A stretch of 64,000 bases of DNA, from assembly GCA_002189035.1 (NCBI GenBank), contig NEEC01000013.1, positions 1,798,001-1,862,000 of the forward strand, read 5' to 3'. The notes below the pieces were generated by a model. The model saw only the letters and a program-made list of their open reading frames with translations, was not told where the DNA came from and did not search any database. Shown here in pieces: positions 37,842-53,108 of this stretch. How positions within the stretch are numbered: the stretch's first letter is position 1; the number at the start of each line of letters is the position of its first letter. The stretch is from Utricularia gibba (Eukaryota; Plantae; Magnoliophyta). The position numbers were made by a program, and so were the translations under genes.

Positions 37842-39074
37842 ATGGGTGAGTTTTTGTTTAATTGTCGCCTACATGTATGTTCGCATCTACATTGTTGATG
37901 TTTCAATGGCGGATTTGCAGGTATATCTCGTGATTCCATGCACAAGAGGCGGGCCACTGGTGGCAAGAAGAAGGCCTGGAGGAAGAAGCGAAAGTTTGTT
38001 TTTTTATTTCATTTTAGGGTTTTAATCCGAATCTATTATGTTTTTAACGGAGATTTGCCTTTTCATGTTTCATTTTCCGAGATGTATGCGGATGGCTGGT
38101 TTATGAGTAGTTTTGTTTGTGTACTGTGCTGTTTGCTCGAGATTTTGTTTGTAAATGGTATTGATTTGACTGTTATAGATGTGGATCCACTTTATCGTAG
38201 TGTTTTTTCTTTTATACTGTTCTGATAGGAGAATCTGCCCGCCATGTTTTGCTTGTTGTATCGGTTCTTTGAATACGAGCTTGAATTGATTGTTCTTCTC
38301 TTCAAGGTACGAGCTGGGGCGCCAGCCAGCAAACACCAAGCTGGATACTACCCAGAAGACAGTTAGGAGAATTCGTGTTCGAGGTGGAAATGTGAAGTGG
38401 AGAGCCCTGAGACTGAACACTGGGAATTTCTCATGGGGAAGCGAGGCTGTGTCTCGAAAGACTCGTATTTTGGATGTTGTTTACAATGCCTCCAACAACG
38501 AACTTGTTAGAACGCAGACCCTGGTTAAGAGTGCTGTTATCCAGGTTGATGCTGCTCCTTTCAAACAGTGGTATCTAACCCACTACGGGGTCGAAATTGG
38601 TAAGAAGAAAAAGGCTGCGTCCAAGAAAGATGAGTCTGAGGTACTATTCCATACACCACATTCTCAATACTGCTTTCACTTTATGGCATCCGTTTAGTAC
38701 ATTTTTGATCGTCCATGCCTCTAACTGCTTATCCCATATGACCAACGTAACAGGAAGCAGAGGTCAGTGCAGCAGATCTTAAGGCTAGTAATCATGTCGA
38801 GAGGAAGAGGAAGAGCCGGCAGGTGGATCGGAAAATCGATCCCCATGTCGAGGAACAGTTCTCTTCCGGTAGGCTGTTGGCTTGCATTTCCTCTAGGCCC
38901 GGGCAGTGTGGACGAGCTGATGGGTAAGTAGTATTCTTCATCCTTCACCCCATAATCGTAATGAATCAAACCCTTAATCTATGTTCCAAATGCTGCAGAT
39001 ACATCCTGGAAGGCAAAGAACTTGAGTTCTACATGAAGAAAATCCAGAAGAAGAAGGGCAAGGGTGCTGCTTAA
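37842..39074 (+). CDS. RPS8: 40S ribosomal protein S8 (eS8); 5 exons (37842-37845, 37921-37993, 38307-38640, 38754-38923, 38999-39074)
   Basis: [72 protein letters not shown]. Confidence 0.98.
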
Positions 39075-39473
39075 TGTCTTCGTATGTTCTATGATCCACC
39101 CCTTCCTCTTTGCTCCTAGTGTTCTCTGGATGTCTTTTCTTGTTGATTCTGTTACGGTTTTCCATGTTCCCTTCTCTGAATTCATTGCTACTTCATCTTA
39201 TATGGATTCCCATTTGCCTTCAAGCGTTTACTCCACGAATTGCATGTTGCTCCCCTCCTGTTCATCTTCGTGGTAGAATGTTGTCCGAATTCGAACAATA
39301 AATTCGACTTGCACCCAAAATGGGTATATTATTCTTTCTAATAATCTGCGAGTATTTTATTAATTCAAATACACTAGAGGGTCATTACGACAGTTTTAGA
39401 GACAACTTCCATCTCCGACAGCAATAAGCAGTTCCGGCGTACGGAAGACCGGCTCGGCCGCAGGGTGTCTAGA

Positions 39474-40394
39474 TCATGGATTCGGGGTATGTTGATCATT
39501 AGGCCCGTAGCCCCGGTAGTCGTTGAGCTCAATCTCTACCCTACGGCTAGGAAGCTCGCTTTGGGACACACGTGTTGGTTCCCTCTGAATCCTCGCAGGC
39601 TCCACCCTCTGGTTTCCATGGACGAACCCCGAAGCAAATACATGCAGGAGACGAAAAGCCATGATTTTGATTAGGAAAAAACCAACGCAAAACAACCCAT
39701 CTCGAAATTTAACATGTCTGTCTGAGCGGGTTAGCTAAAGCTTCACAATAGGATCTATGTCTATGATATCCCACCCCACGGAAGTGGCGGAAGGAAGGAT
39801 CTTAACCAAATTCCACATCAATCAATCATGTACGGGGGGAGAGGATGAGTTTAAGAGTGACCATGCAAATCTAGTACGAATCTTTTTCCCCATCATGATG
39901 GAGTATACTTCACAATAACTCCAGAGTTAAGCGTGCTTGGTCAATGGTAATGTGAGGATGGTGACCCCGTGGGAAATCAAATCGTGAGAATTGAATATCC
40001 AAAACATTGATTGATTGGTGTGCACGAATTGTTACAACTGGAGTATTTCAACTATGGCTACACCCATTCCTACCCATTACTTTTCCAGAGGAAAGAAAAT
40101 CTACAAAACAGTATATCAAAGCACACAAGCGTACCTCTTTTCTGCCTTGTGTCGAAGAAAAACCAGCAGCAAATCTGTAGTCCACATGTTCAGCTCCTAC
40201 AACAATGAAAACAACAGAAACATGATGTGCATGTACTTCCTTCACCCCGCAAGAGGTAACTCAGAAACAGTGGAAAGAAAAAGAAGAAGAACAGGAAGTG
40301 TACTCGAAGCGGAGAGGAGCAGATTGAAGCTCAGAATCATGAGAAGAAGAACAAGGGAGCTGAGTGGTGCCACAGCCATCTTCTGTTCACCCAT
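39474..40394 (-). CDS. PSY-type (tyrosine-sulfated) secreted peptide precursor; 3 exons (40394 or 40379-40304, 40196-40135, 39608 or 39584-39474)
   Basis: Exon 1 signal peptide MAVAPLSSLVLLLMILSFNLLLSAS; phase-consistent GT-AG introns; C-terminus RRVEIELNDYRGYGPNDQHTPNP* matches the PSY motif DYxxxxxNxxHxP. Confidence 0.75.
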
Positions 40395-40871
40395 TCTGAT
40401 TACTTCTCTTGACAACTGAAAGCTTGTGGATGATCTAAGAATAAGAATGAAAGAGATAGAGAAGGGTTTTTGGGGTTCAGGAAAGCAGCAAAGCAGCGAC
40501 AGCCGCAGATTTCGTTGACATACTTAATAAGCTTTTTTAAGCAAAAGTCCACGACAAGATCGATTTTGGGTTTCGACACGTCTCTGGTGCACTTGCAAAA
40601 AGACAAGGTTGGGCTAAAAGTCAACGCCATTGAACATCCCTTGCTTCTGGGTGAGACAAATGCGCATGCGGAATGGTACACAATAATGACGTTTAACATT
40701 TAAAATTAGAATTTAATTCAATTTAAAATGTAATAAATCTATTTTTTTTTTTGCCCATTTGCAAATGGAGCAAAACTGCTAATGTTCGAAAATTACACAT
40801 TCGTCCCAAGGTTTCACTAAATTACAAAATTGTACTAAAGCAGGGGTCTTCCAATAAATTCAATGTATATG

Positions 40872-42125
40872 CTAGATGTGAACTGGAGTCCGTCTTTCTT
40901 CAGCTTCATCAGGAGCACTGAGTAGGAAGATTGAGATCAAGCCAACTGGGCCTCGCTCCCGGACTCCGATTGCCACTGTTCCGGTGCCCGCGAGGAAATG
41001 AGACCTCTTGTGGCCGCCAAGCGCCTGTCCATTCCTGAAAACTCTGTCACAGAAAGGGCAAGCATGGCCCTTGCTCTTCTTTGCCTTGCTTTTCGCTTCA
41101 TATAGTGTCTTCCCGCCTGGTTTTGCATTGGTTGTGAGCTGAGTCGAGATATGGTGACTGCTCTTGCTGCTGTGTTCGCAGTACTCATTGCTTCGCTGGT
41201 GGCACGGTCTGTGCCCTCCTAGCGCCTGGTATGACTTGAAAACTTTCTTGCAGTTGAAGCATTCATACTGGCGTCTCTTCTGAGAACCTTCCCTGCTTCG
41301 TGTCAAGTGGCTGTATCCAGAACTCTTGCGCTGGGAAGTTATTGATAAAGTGTAGTTGGCTTTGCCACATTCATCCAAGAAGTACCCTGAATCAGAATCA
41401 TTAGTCTGAGCTGTTTCTGATTCCCATTCCGTTAATGTGCTGTTCTTAACTACAGCATTCACCTTTCTGCTTTCTAGGATGACTGAATTGTTATCAGAAG
41501 ACTCAACTGAGTTCAAAACACCCCTGAAGGTCGAATCCCTCGACAACATCATTAAACACAAAGCTACCTCCTCTTGCTCATCACCATCAATCTCAGAAAC
41601 AGACGACGAGTAGCCATTGTTAGCCAAGGAGAAGGAGAGACATTTGCTGCTTTTAAAGGATCTTGTTCTGATGATCCGTTTTGAAACCTCCTCCGTCTCC
41701 GAATGACTATCCATTTCTAGCTTCTGAGTATCACTGTTCCATGACTGATCGCCCTTGATCCCTCTATACCGATCCGAGTGGCAAGCCATATGCCCACACA
41801 AGGCTTTTAGAGACTGGAAATTTTTACCACATTGCCTGCATACTCTCTCTTGTTGCAATGTGAAGCCTGCGGCCACAGCCCTCCATGATTTTCTGGGATG
41901 CTCTCTGAGTACATAACTGGAATGGGCATTCACGGATTCTTCGGTTTTCGGCTCATTCAGCAGCAAAGATCCAATCTTTTTCCAGTGTACCTCAGCTTTT
42001 TCATCAGAATCAGCTGAATTTACCACAATGTGAGACCTCACATGCTCTCCCAGAGACTTTCGACAGGGATGCCTTTTGTCACACATCTTGCAGACAAACT
42101 TCAACTCTTGACTCTCATCTTCCAT
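40872..42125 (-). CDS. C2H2 (QALGGH-type) zinc-finger protein with four fingers; C-terminal EAR motif lies in the shifted frame
   Basis: CKMC..SLGEHVRSH, CRQC..KALCGHMACH, CFNC..QALGGHRPCH, CPFC..QALGGHKRSH; LDLNLP at 40941-40924 is out of frame with the ORF. Confidence 0.92.
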   Translation of the reverse strand: MEDESQELKFVCKMCDKRHPCRKSLGEHVRSHIVVNSADSDEKAEVHWKKIGSLLLNEPKTEESVNAHSSYVLREHPRKSWRAVAAGFTLQQERVCRQCGKNFQSLKALCGHMACHSDRYRGIKGDQSWNSDTQKLEMDSHSETEEVSKRIIRTRSFKSSKCLSFSLANNGYSSSVSEIDGDEQEEVALCLMMLSRDSTFRGVLNSVESSDNNSVILESRKVNAVVKNSTLTEWESETAQTNDSDSGYFLDECGKANYTLSITSQRKSSGYSHLTRSREGSQKRRQYECFNCKKVFKSYQALGGHRPCHQRSNEYCEHSSKSSHHISTQLTTNAKPGGKTLYEAKSKAKKSKGHACPFCDRVFRNGQALGGHKRSHFLAGTGTVAIGVRERGPVGLISIFLLSAPDEAEERRTPVHI

Positions 42126-43388
42126 AATATTCCACAATTGAATCAACAAAACAGCAAATGCACAACACAATAACCAAGATCAAGTAGCTAAAACTGAAGT
42201 CCTACCGCAGCAACCGAACTATCATTAGCTCATCCCAAAATCAGAGAAAAAACGAACCCCAGATCGAAAAAAATTCAGCAAAAAGCACTGAAACAAGCTC
42301 AAAATCAAAAATCGGTATACCTCAATACTCTCGATCAGTAAGCGACGGAAGCGGGGAGAGTTCTCGGGAAGTGGAAACCAAATAAATAACGACACCCATC
42401 ACAAAAACGTAGAGCAATCTTGAATCCCGAATCAATGTAATCCTTCTCAACAAAGAAAAAAGGTGTACGAATCATAAATGTGGCTTCGTCCCAGTATTAA
42501 AGTTCCAAGATTTCGAAGAAATTAATGCCAGAACACAAAGAAAAACGAAACCCATCTTGCGCCTCAATTCGACAAATCACGATTAAGGAAAACAAATCAA
42601 GCACAACCCTCAAAGCAATCAACTCTTCTTCTTCCCATCACCACCGTGCTGCGACACTTAGGCACACAGAGTGTGTAAGTAGGAAAGAAATTTCATGCAT
42701 GGGAGCGCAAAGTCTGAAGAGAGAGAAGCAGAAACTGAGGGCCGCATACGTGTACTCCTGAGCCGAGACATCGGTGCACCGGAATCGGACGGTCAAGATC
42801 TGCAGCTTCACCAACTGTAAAATATGACCACATAACTAAAAATAAAAAAAAAATTATACCTTCTTAATTGCAACAACAAATTCCTCACAATCATCCAACG
42901 TTTGTAATTGCCCTATTTACTCATTTCACATGTGACATTAATGTCATTTAGACAAAAAAAAATATGATCATTTTTTTCACACAGTGTTCATTTTTTAATA
43001 TTATCATTTTAAATTTATGTAATTAATTGTCATTCTTACATTTCATTATGAATAATAATATAGTATATTGTTTGGAGTATACAACATTAACCTTCGTCGG
43101 GTGTCAAATTATTGCATATTAAATAATGAAATTTAACCATGAAATTGATGAAATATTATATTCAAGACTATGTTTGTTTCTGTTTATCAAAAACTTCTAT
43201 GTTTAATAAAATAAAAATTGTGTATATTCAATTTATTAAAAATAAAAAAACGTTTTTAAATTTTTATTCTTTTTTAAAATAAAATTCGCTTATATTTGAT
43301 AATAAAATTATTTATTTAAACAATAATTATATAGTATTTTCCTAGCATTTTGATATTTGATACGCCACGTGTTTGGTTTTTGTAGCAG

Positions 43389-46180
<2,792 letters not shown>

Positions 46181-46937
46181 TTCCGGCGATGGTTCTGCAG
46201 ATGGGATGGCGGAAATGGAATGGCGCCGCGGGGGCGGTTAAATAGGGGCGCCGGATGAATGAATCTCTGTTGGTGCATTCCACGCGCTTTGCTTTTTCAC
46301 ACTGGGAATGATGGCTTGAAAATCACAATTTATATTATATATTTTTAATAATAATTGATAATTTTAATTTAAGATGTGCTTGGTAGTATAATTTAATTAA
46401 TATTGTACTGCATTATTTTTAAAAAATGACAAACAAAAATTTAAAAATATGATCAAACATATCAAAACAATAGTATTAGATATTAATAAAACATAAATTG
46501 ATAATTTTGGCATAAGGTCTGCGCCAAGTGTCGATATTCCATATCGCATACCAATGATAAAAAGAGTGTGTTTAAATAAAAAGACCAAATTAATTTTACA
46601 TTATATCTTTTTTTTAAAGTGATGAATGTAAAAGTTTAAAAATTAGGTATATGAAACGAATAATATCATACAATAAAATTATAAATGACATGTTTTATGG
46701 TTACCTATAATCTTTTGGGTGCGTGTACTCATTCATATTCTTAAATTGCACGTTTGTATTTTGTCATTTATGTAGCTTGTTTTCCAAAGCAAGATTTTCC
46801 TCTTAAATTTTTAATAATATTTCCAAATAAAAGTTTTCCTGTGCCACCTAACTCATGTAATAATTAGAAAAAATAAATTTTTTAGGGTAAATTATATGTA
46901 TAATAATGGACTCTTAAATCAATTTTGTATTTCTCAA

Positions 46938-46970
<33 letters not shown>
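46938..46970. repeat. (ATT)11 microsatellite
   Basis: 33 bp perfect ATT run. Confidence 0.9.
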
Positions 46971-47168
46971 GGATTCTTTTCTGAAATTGGGTGATGGGGT
47001 TTGGTCCATAAATTCAGCGTTATAAGGCCCACTTGGCCCATTTATGCCCTTCAATATTTTATTTGTTGCTGGAGACAGCGGTTGCGATGTGGCGTCAGCC
47101 GTGAGGTTCTGGCGACGGTTTCTTAGGTTAAACGATCGTTTGATACTACGTCAGAGACCATTGGAGAA

Positions 47169-47488
47169 AGCGTCATTACAGGATATGTCGGCGCCGGAAG
47201 TGTACTGTGAGCAAAACCATTTGATTTTTGTTGATTGATTTTAATTTGATTCAATTTCTGTTGTTTTGCGTCTGATGGAGAATCTGTGCGTTGTTTTAAT
47301 TGCTGAACTATATATGTTGAATGCGCAGCATTGTAGGAGAATAATGTGACGTGATACTCATGGGTGGAAGGAAATAGGATTAAAGATAAATGATGGAGAA
47401 GGTGGGGCAGGGCGCCTGAGGAGGAGGGGTTGTCCTTGGTAATGGATGCCTTTGTTGCACTGTGAAGCATAGTTTGTTTCACTCTTAA
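47169..47488 (+). pseudogene. Truncated CobW/COG0523 zinc-metallochaperone GTPase (ZNG1-type) pseudogene
   Basis: SVITGYVGAGSV (decayed Walker A), intron from 47207, NYI..N.QH.RRI, KEIGLKINDGEGGA, LGNGCLCCTVKHSL (GCxCC motif, 47438-47476), then TAA at 47486; frameshifts; rest of the gene absent. Confidence 0.8.
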
Positions 47489-47689
47489 AGATGAAGATGA
47501 ATAAAGTAGATCCTTAGGTAAACCTTTTTGGAACATTTACAAAAATTGTAACATTTCATGTCGTCTTTACATGTAAATAAATAATGACTACAAGATGTTT
47601 TTGGTTCTTACCTGGAAGCTTATGTGCAATGATAGCTTCCAGTTTCTAATAGTCTTAGCTCTCTTTCCTTTGCGTTTGCTTTTGTTCTG

Positions 47690-48073
47690 CTCTACCACGA
47701 GATCATGAACTACCCAGATAGGTGATGATGCCTCTAGAACACTACATGGTTTTACTTCATTCTACGACAATGGAATTGAATCCTAGAGTTTACAGGGCCT
47801 GCCACCTGGCTAAGCAGGCTTCTGATGAAGCCATTGCTTAGTTGGATATTTTGAGTGAAGACCATGCAAAGACAGCACTTTGATTATGCAGCTTCTACGA
47901 GAGATCCTCACTCTCTACTCTCTGACTTGCCGGAGGATAGAGGTACTACAATCTCTACTTACTCTTTACCAAACACTTCCACTCGCGTATCAGGGAAAGA
48001 TCACTCACTCGTTTGTGCAGGTGACGAGAACTACAAAGGCGAGGAACCACCACCCGAGTTGCAGAAAGATTAA
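47690..48073 (+). pseudogene. 5'-truncated 14-3-3 pseudogene (epsilon-group-like)
   Basis: LYHEIMNYPDR | ACHLAKQASDEAIA*LDILSE..KDSTLIMQLLRE..TL..SDLPEDR | GDENYK; TAG at 47839-47841, frameshifts, introns retained. Confidence 0.88.
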
Positions 48074-48811
48074 TAGCTCGTGCTAAGTAAGATTAATAGC
48101 TTCAGTTGGTTTGCCATGGCATCTTCAAAACTGAGAATCAAGAGTTAACACATTCGTGGCAAGGTTTCCCTCCTGTTAATTACCGTTTACTTTAATTTTT
48201 ACACCCACTTTCAATTTAACAGTATGCTCAAATCCTTGAGTAAAAGTCTACAATTTTTCTCGGACTATTTTTCCAAAATGCCGGTGGTTGCCCCTACAGA
48301 ATGCATCGACGTGGGGCTCGTTGGGGAAAAAACATTTGGAGTTGTCTTTTTCTTTTTCTTGAACTTTGAAGCTGAATAATAAATAAATTATTTGCAAGTT
48401 TATATTATTTTTAATATTCAATTATTTATCATACGCTCGCCTGTTTCAAAGCAAGCTCCAAATTGGCAAAGAGCACGGTGTTCGATGCGGTGTGCATATC
48501 AGAATAATTGAAAATAAGTTAATATTCCTTTTAATGTTTATTTTACGCAGGAGCAGGACACGTGTGATCCTGCGACAGGTTTAAATGAGGGTCTACACTG
48601 GAGGTGAACGCACACCGTCCTCACCTTTCACATTACAGGTGTCGGTCTTGGGCGAGTGCTGTGTGAGAGGGATCTTTTCTTCCTTCTCGTGCCTTGTTTT
48701 TCCATATAATGTTTATTTACTCGTTCTGTTTAAAAGTTCTTTTTCAGCATTGAAGCTTCTCATTCAAGATCCCATTTTTTCCTTCCGGGAAAACCAAACA
48801 GTCACTTGTCC

Positions 48812-49713
48812 ATGGCTGCTGCTGCTGCTGCTGCTGCACTTAGTTTCTTGCTCTTTCTGGGCATGTTTAGCTATTCTGGTAAGCACAAAATCTTGTAGAA
48901 TACAGTATTACTCCTTTGCTCCAGTATTGTGATCACTTATTTTTCTGTTTTTTATTTCCTCTCGTGTCTCAAAATCTGCAGATGCAGTTTACTGTGTATG
49001 TAATTCTGGATTGAGTGACGCCATTCTCCAGACAAACATAGATTATGCTTGTAGCCATGCTGATTGCTCGGCAATTTTACAAACTGGGCCTGTTTTAATC
49101 CAAATACTGTCAGAGATCACTGCAATTATGCTGTCAATAGCTTTTACCAGAGATCGGGACAAGTTGCTGGAAGCTGTGGTTTCTCTGGAACTGCTACTGT
49201 GACTCAAACTCCTCCCAGTAAGTAACTTCGACAGAATATGTTCTTTTTACTTCTCCCCGAGTTTTGAGTTTCTGTTCTTTTTGATGTGCAGCTGCTTCTC
49301 CTGGATGTGTGTATCCATCTAGTCCCAGGTTTGAACTACCTTTCTTTACATAAATTTTTGTGGGTGTCTCTGTGTTGCATTAGACCCGAGTTTTATCTTT
49401 GATGTAAAAATATCTTTGATTTCTCCTCAAAAATGTGTCCAGCACTGGTGCAGTATCCGGTCCACCGGCTGCAACCACCCCAACAGGAACCACCCCACCA
49501 GGTGTAACCGGTGGGGCAGGACCATTAAGTCCGCCAGGAGCAACACTAAGCCCACCGGGCTTAGCCGGCACCGGCGGCTCATTTCCAGGTATATCTCCAC
49601 CGGGTTTTACGGGGTCAACATCATCCAGCGCAGGCTCTTCTGGCAGAATCCATGTCCTAATGCTTGCAGTGACTTCATGCTTTGCCCACTCCCTGTATAG
49701 TGTTATGAATTAG
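48812..49713 (+). CDS. X8-domain GPI-anchored plasmodesmata callose-binding protein (PDCB)-like; 4 exons; apparent frameshift at 49089-49090
   Basis: Signal peptide, YCVC..LQTNIDYAC..ADCSAI..GP[C]FNPNTVRDHCNYAVNSFYQ..SCGFSGTAT..GCVYP, Pro/Gly/Thr-rich linker, hydrophobic C-terminus. Confidence 0.9.
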
Positions 49714-49949
49714 TCTGTCTCTACGGGAAGATCCATTTTTTGGGGGTGTTTTCTTTCTGAAAGGTGGGGGAATCTGATTCTGCTTTTAAAAGTAGTTGGG
49801 AATGTTGTAATGGAGAGGCATCATCTTTCTGTCATTCGGATTCGTCGAAATCTGTACTATCACTGCATCATACTTGTTAAATGAGAAATCTGGATGATGA
49901 TCATTCCCTCCAAGTGTTCCCAGTCCCAAACATACTTTTCACTGACGTG

Positions 49950-52170
49950 TTACAGATCTCGGACAACCTCAAGAGGAACTGAGCTTCTTCTTGAGGCTAT
50001 TCCCCTCTGATCCTGAGCAAACTCCACGATCAACTTGCAGGCGGCAGCAGGCTTCTCCACATGAGGAAGGTGACCACAGTTTGGTATCGCCCGGAAAATT
50101 GCATTTGGCAATTCACAGTGTAATCTCTGTTAAGAATACACCACTGTCATGTGGTGCAAAATTTGCAGCATATGTTTCAATGAACACAGAGCTTACCACT
50201 CCAAGCTTGTAGTCGATGATCTTATCGTCTTCACCCCATATGATGAGTGTCTCCTGTGTGACCTGCACAGGAGCCACAAATTCAGCTTGGAATGGAACTG
50301 CTGGAGAAAGAGGATTCAGTGAACCTGTTTGATATCAGCAACAACATTGTAGCCTCCACTTCTCATGAAATCTACATTTGCATCAGCCCACCAAGAAAAA
50401 AGACAATGCAGGCGACCAATCTTTGGTGTCAACAATGTTTTTGAGACCACAATAATGAAAAAAATGTTAACCATCTTCATCACAGGGTATGAATGCCAGA
50501 GAATGAACAAAAGGATGAAAATCACAGTAAAACACCATTCAAGAGTTTCACTCACATTTGTCCAGTCCACTAGTGTATCCCATTCTAAGCCATTGAAACC
50601 CAATGAAACCGCATAAAGGCGCAACGGTAGGCTCCCCAAAAGAGATACCTATTCGATATTATGGACCAAGTTTAGGTGGATTCAGTTGTATCAGAAAATG
50701 GAGAATGAAAAAGATCATCAGGAACTTGCCCCAGCATATGCCACTGACTTGGGCAATGTGGAAAGTTTCCCTGTTCCTTCTGCATACACACTTGCATCGA
50801 TCAAAACCAGCTTTTCAACCTGCAAAAGGGGATCCATCATTGCTAAGATCATGTGAGAAATGATGAGTAAAAGGATGAATGAAGTTACAGCTTCAGGATG
50901 CTTGACTGCAAAATCTATGGCAATCGCTGCTCCGAGACTTGCTCCTACCAATATCATTGGCCTTTTGATGTAGGAATTCCAGAACTAAGGATTGAAGGGG
51001 CTCATTATATCATGGTATGACAAATTTTTGTTCAGGATAGATAAATGATAGCAAAATTTGATTATTACAGTATAGGAAGTTCAAAAATGGAGAGAGCAAA
51101 CACCTGATACAGATGATCACGTTTGGATTCTACACTACAAGAGGGGCGCGGGCGCATCTCTATTGACACAGAGAATTTCAAGGTGAGTGAGATCAAAGTA
51201 ATTCAGTAACGAACATGTTAAACACTGAAAACATGAAAAAAGTGAACATGCAACAAAGCTCCACGAACTAAGCTCGGGGATGCTTTGTTACTCTATGAAA
51301 TGAATCTGAGCATATCTCGCCAAAAGAATTGAATACAGTTTGATGGAAACTCGATGAACATCAAAGGAGCTGATTCAGGAAACATGCCTAAATCAGAGAA
51401 GCCCCATCCAAGGACATCAACAGCCCATGGCTCTAACTCTGCATCCTCAAGCATAGGGAACAAATATCTCCATTCCAAGCATGAGCTGCAAGGCAATAGA
51501 GGATGAAGTATGGATCCAAAAGTAGATGTCTTTCTGCAGAGAATCGAAAATCCAAAAACTTCTGAACCTATCAAATCCATGAAGAAGAACTACTGGACTT
51601 GAATCTAACTGCTTTCTTGGTATCACACAGCTACTCTTTACACAGCAGTTTGACAAACTTAGCTATAAAGAAAAAAAACCATTCTGAGATTACAGATGAG
51701 ATAAATAAGCAAGAAACTAAAGGCCAATAAAACAACGATTTACATACAAGTGAACGAAAAGAATCATCCTTCAAAATGGGAACTTTGAAAGAACACCTTG
51801 TCTCCCAGAAAAAAAAGAAGCGCAGTTTTGCTGGGATGGGCATCGCAGTTGACGTTTGCCATACACCCCACGCCCGTCATAAAATTCGTAAATGCAAACC
51901 ATTCTGAGAATGTCGGGATCATTGGATTATTAAAAGTTCCAATGATGAAGAATGGTGTGCAAAAAAAAAAAAAAACACCCTTACGTTAACAGGCACCCTC
52001 TCAATTCTGGAGGCCAACTTTCGAGCAAATGGATCTTTGATATTCTCGACTTCCTTGGGAAGAAACGCCGGAAATCCGCAGGAGATCACTTTCAAATAGC
52101 TTCGTGATCCTTTCAACATTTCTTCAGCTGATTTCGGCCCATGAAAAAGAGGGGCCGCGAGTCGGAGCAT
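49950..52170 (-). CDS. Alpha/beta-fold hydrolase with probable plastid transit peptide; multi-exon
   Basis: PVVLLHGFDSSCLEWR, VDVLGWGFSD, nucleophile elbow GASLG, IIWGEDD, CGHLPHVEKP. Confidence 0.9.
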
Positions 52171-52315
52171 GACGACGTCCGACTAAGATTGGCTGACGGA
52201 CGACAAACGGGTACTATGGTGACCAAAAAAACCCAAAGCGAGACCTGAGCCTCCTGCTCCTCCGCAGGGTAGACAACGACGTCTGTCGATTACCAAGAAG
52301 ACAAAAAACATGACA

Positions 52316-52339
52316 CGCTAGAAGGAGGGCTTGAACCTC

Positions 52340-52372
<33 letters not shown>

Positions 52373-52389
52373 AACTGAGCTATTCCAGC
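52316..52389 (-). tRNA. tRNA-Asn (GTT)
   Basis: GCTGGAATAGCTCAGTTGG...TGTGGCTGTTAACCACA...GGTTCAAGCC...CTAGCG cloverleaf; T6 terminator just downstream. Confidence 0.97.
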
Positions 52390-53108
52390 ATGTGATACTT
52401 ATTTTATTCATTTAATATTTATTACTTACATATTTCTTAGCAAAACAATGACGCCTGCATTGAGAGCTGGGAAACGCTGTCGTGTTGTGGGGATTGGACA
52501 TGAGCCTGTGCTTTTTTGACTCAATTCTAAAAATCCCAGGGATTCATGTGGTTGTAGGATGTAAAAGCTGCTGTCTTTTTCGTTCCTCTGGAGAATTAGC
52601 TTAATTTAATCCTTTTCCTTGTATTTGAATATGATTCATGGCCAGTATCCATGAAGTCGTAGTTCTTTCTATACGCCTATTTATGATTACCATGTTTTAT
52701 TCCACACTAAACCTTCCGTTTTCATCTGTATGCTTATGGAGATTTTCTCTGTGTTTAGCTTGCATTTACTTGCAATTCAATGGGAAAAAGTAGGAAGAAG
52801 TCATGAAAAAGGAGGTCATATCTGATGACTGGCTTGAGATATTCAAACAACTTGAATGTGTCTGAACAGTTGAATACATTGGAAATGGTGGAAGGCAAGC
52901 CACAATTACAAAACTACAGAGATTTGTAGTTATACTTGTGCATCTGGCCGCAAAATTTGCACAAGTTGCATATATGCCGATTTTTTATGTTGTGAATTGG
53001 CAGACATTGCAGGAAAAAAAAAGGGGGGGAAAGGCTACAAAAACTATACCTCCCATCTGCGTGCATTCATGGGAACTTCATTCTTGATAGCTGCACAGAA
53101 AATGATAG

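Noticed and set aside
39474-39695. Single-exon reading MAFRLLHVF... of the peptide gene
   Set aside because: Weak signal peptide; the spliced three-exon model supplies a strong one with consistent phases.
49890-49945. ATGATGA...CTGA as a C/D box snoRNA
   Set aside because: Too short, no terminal stem, and lies in convergent 3' UTRs; likely chance.
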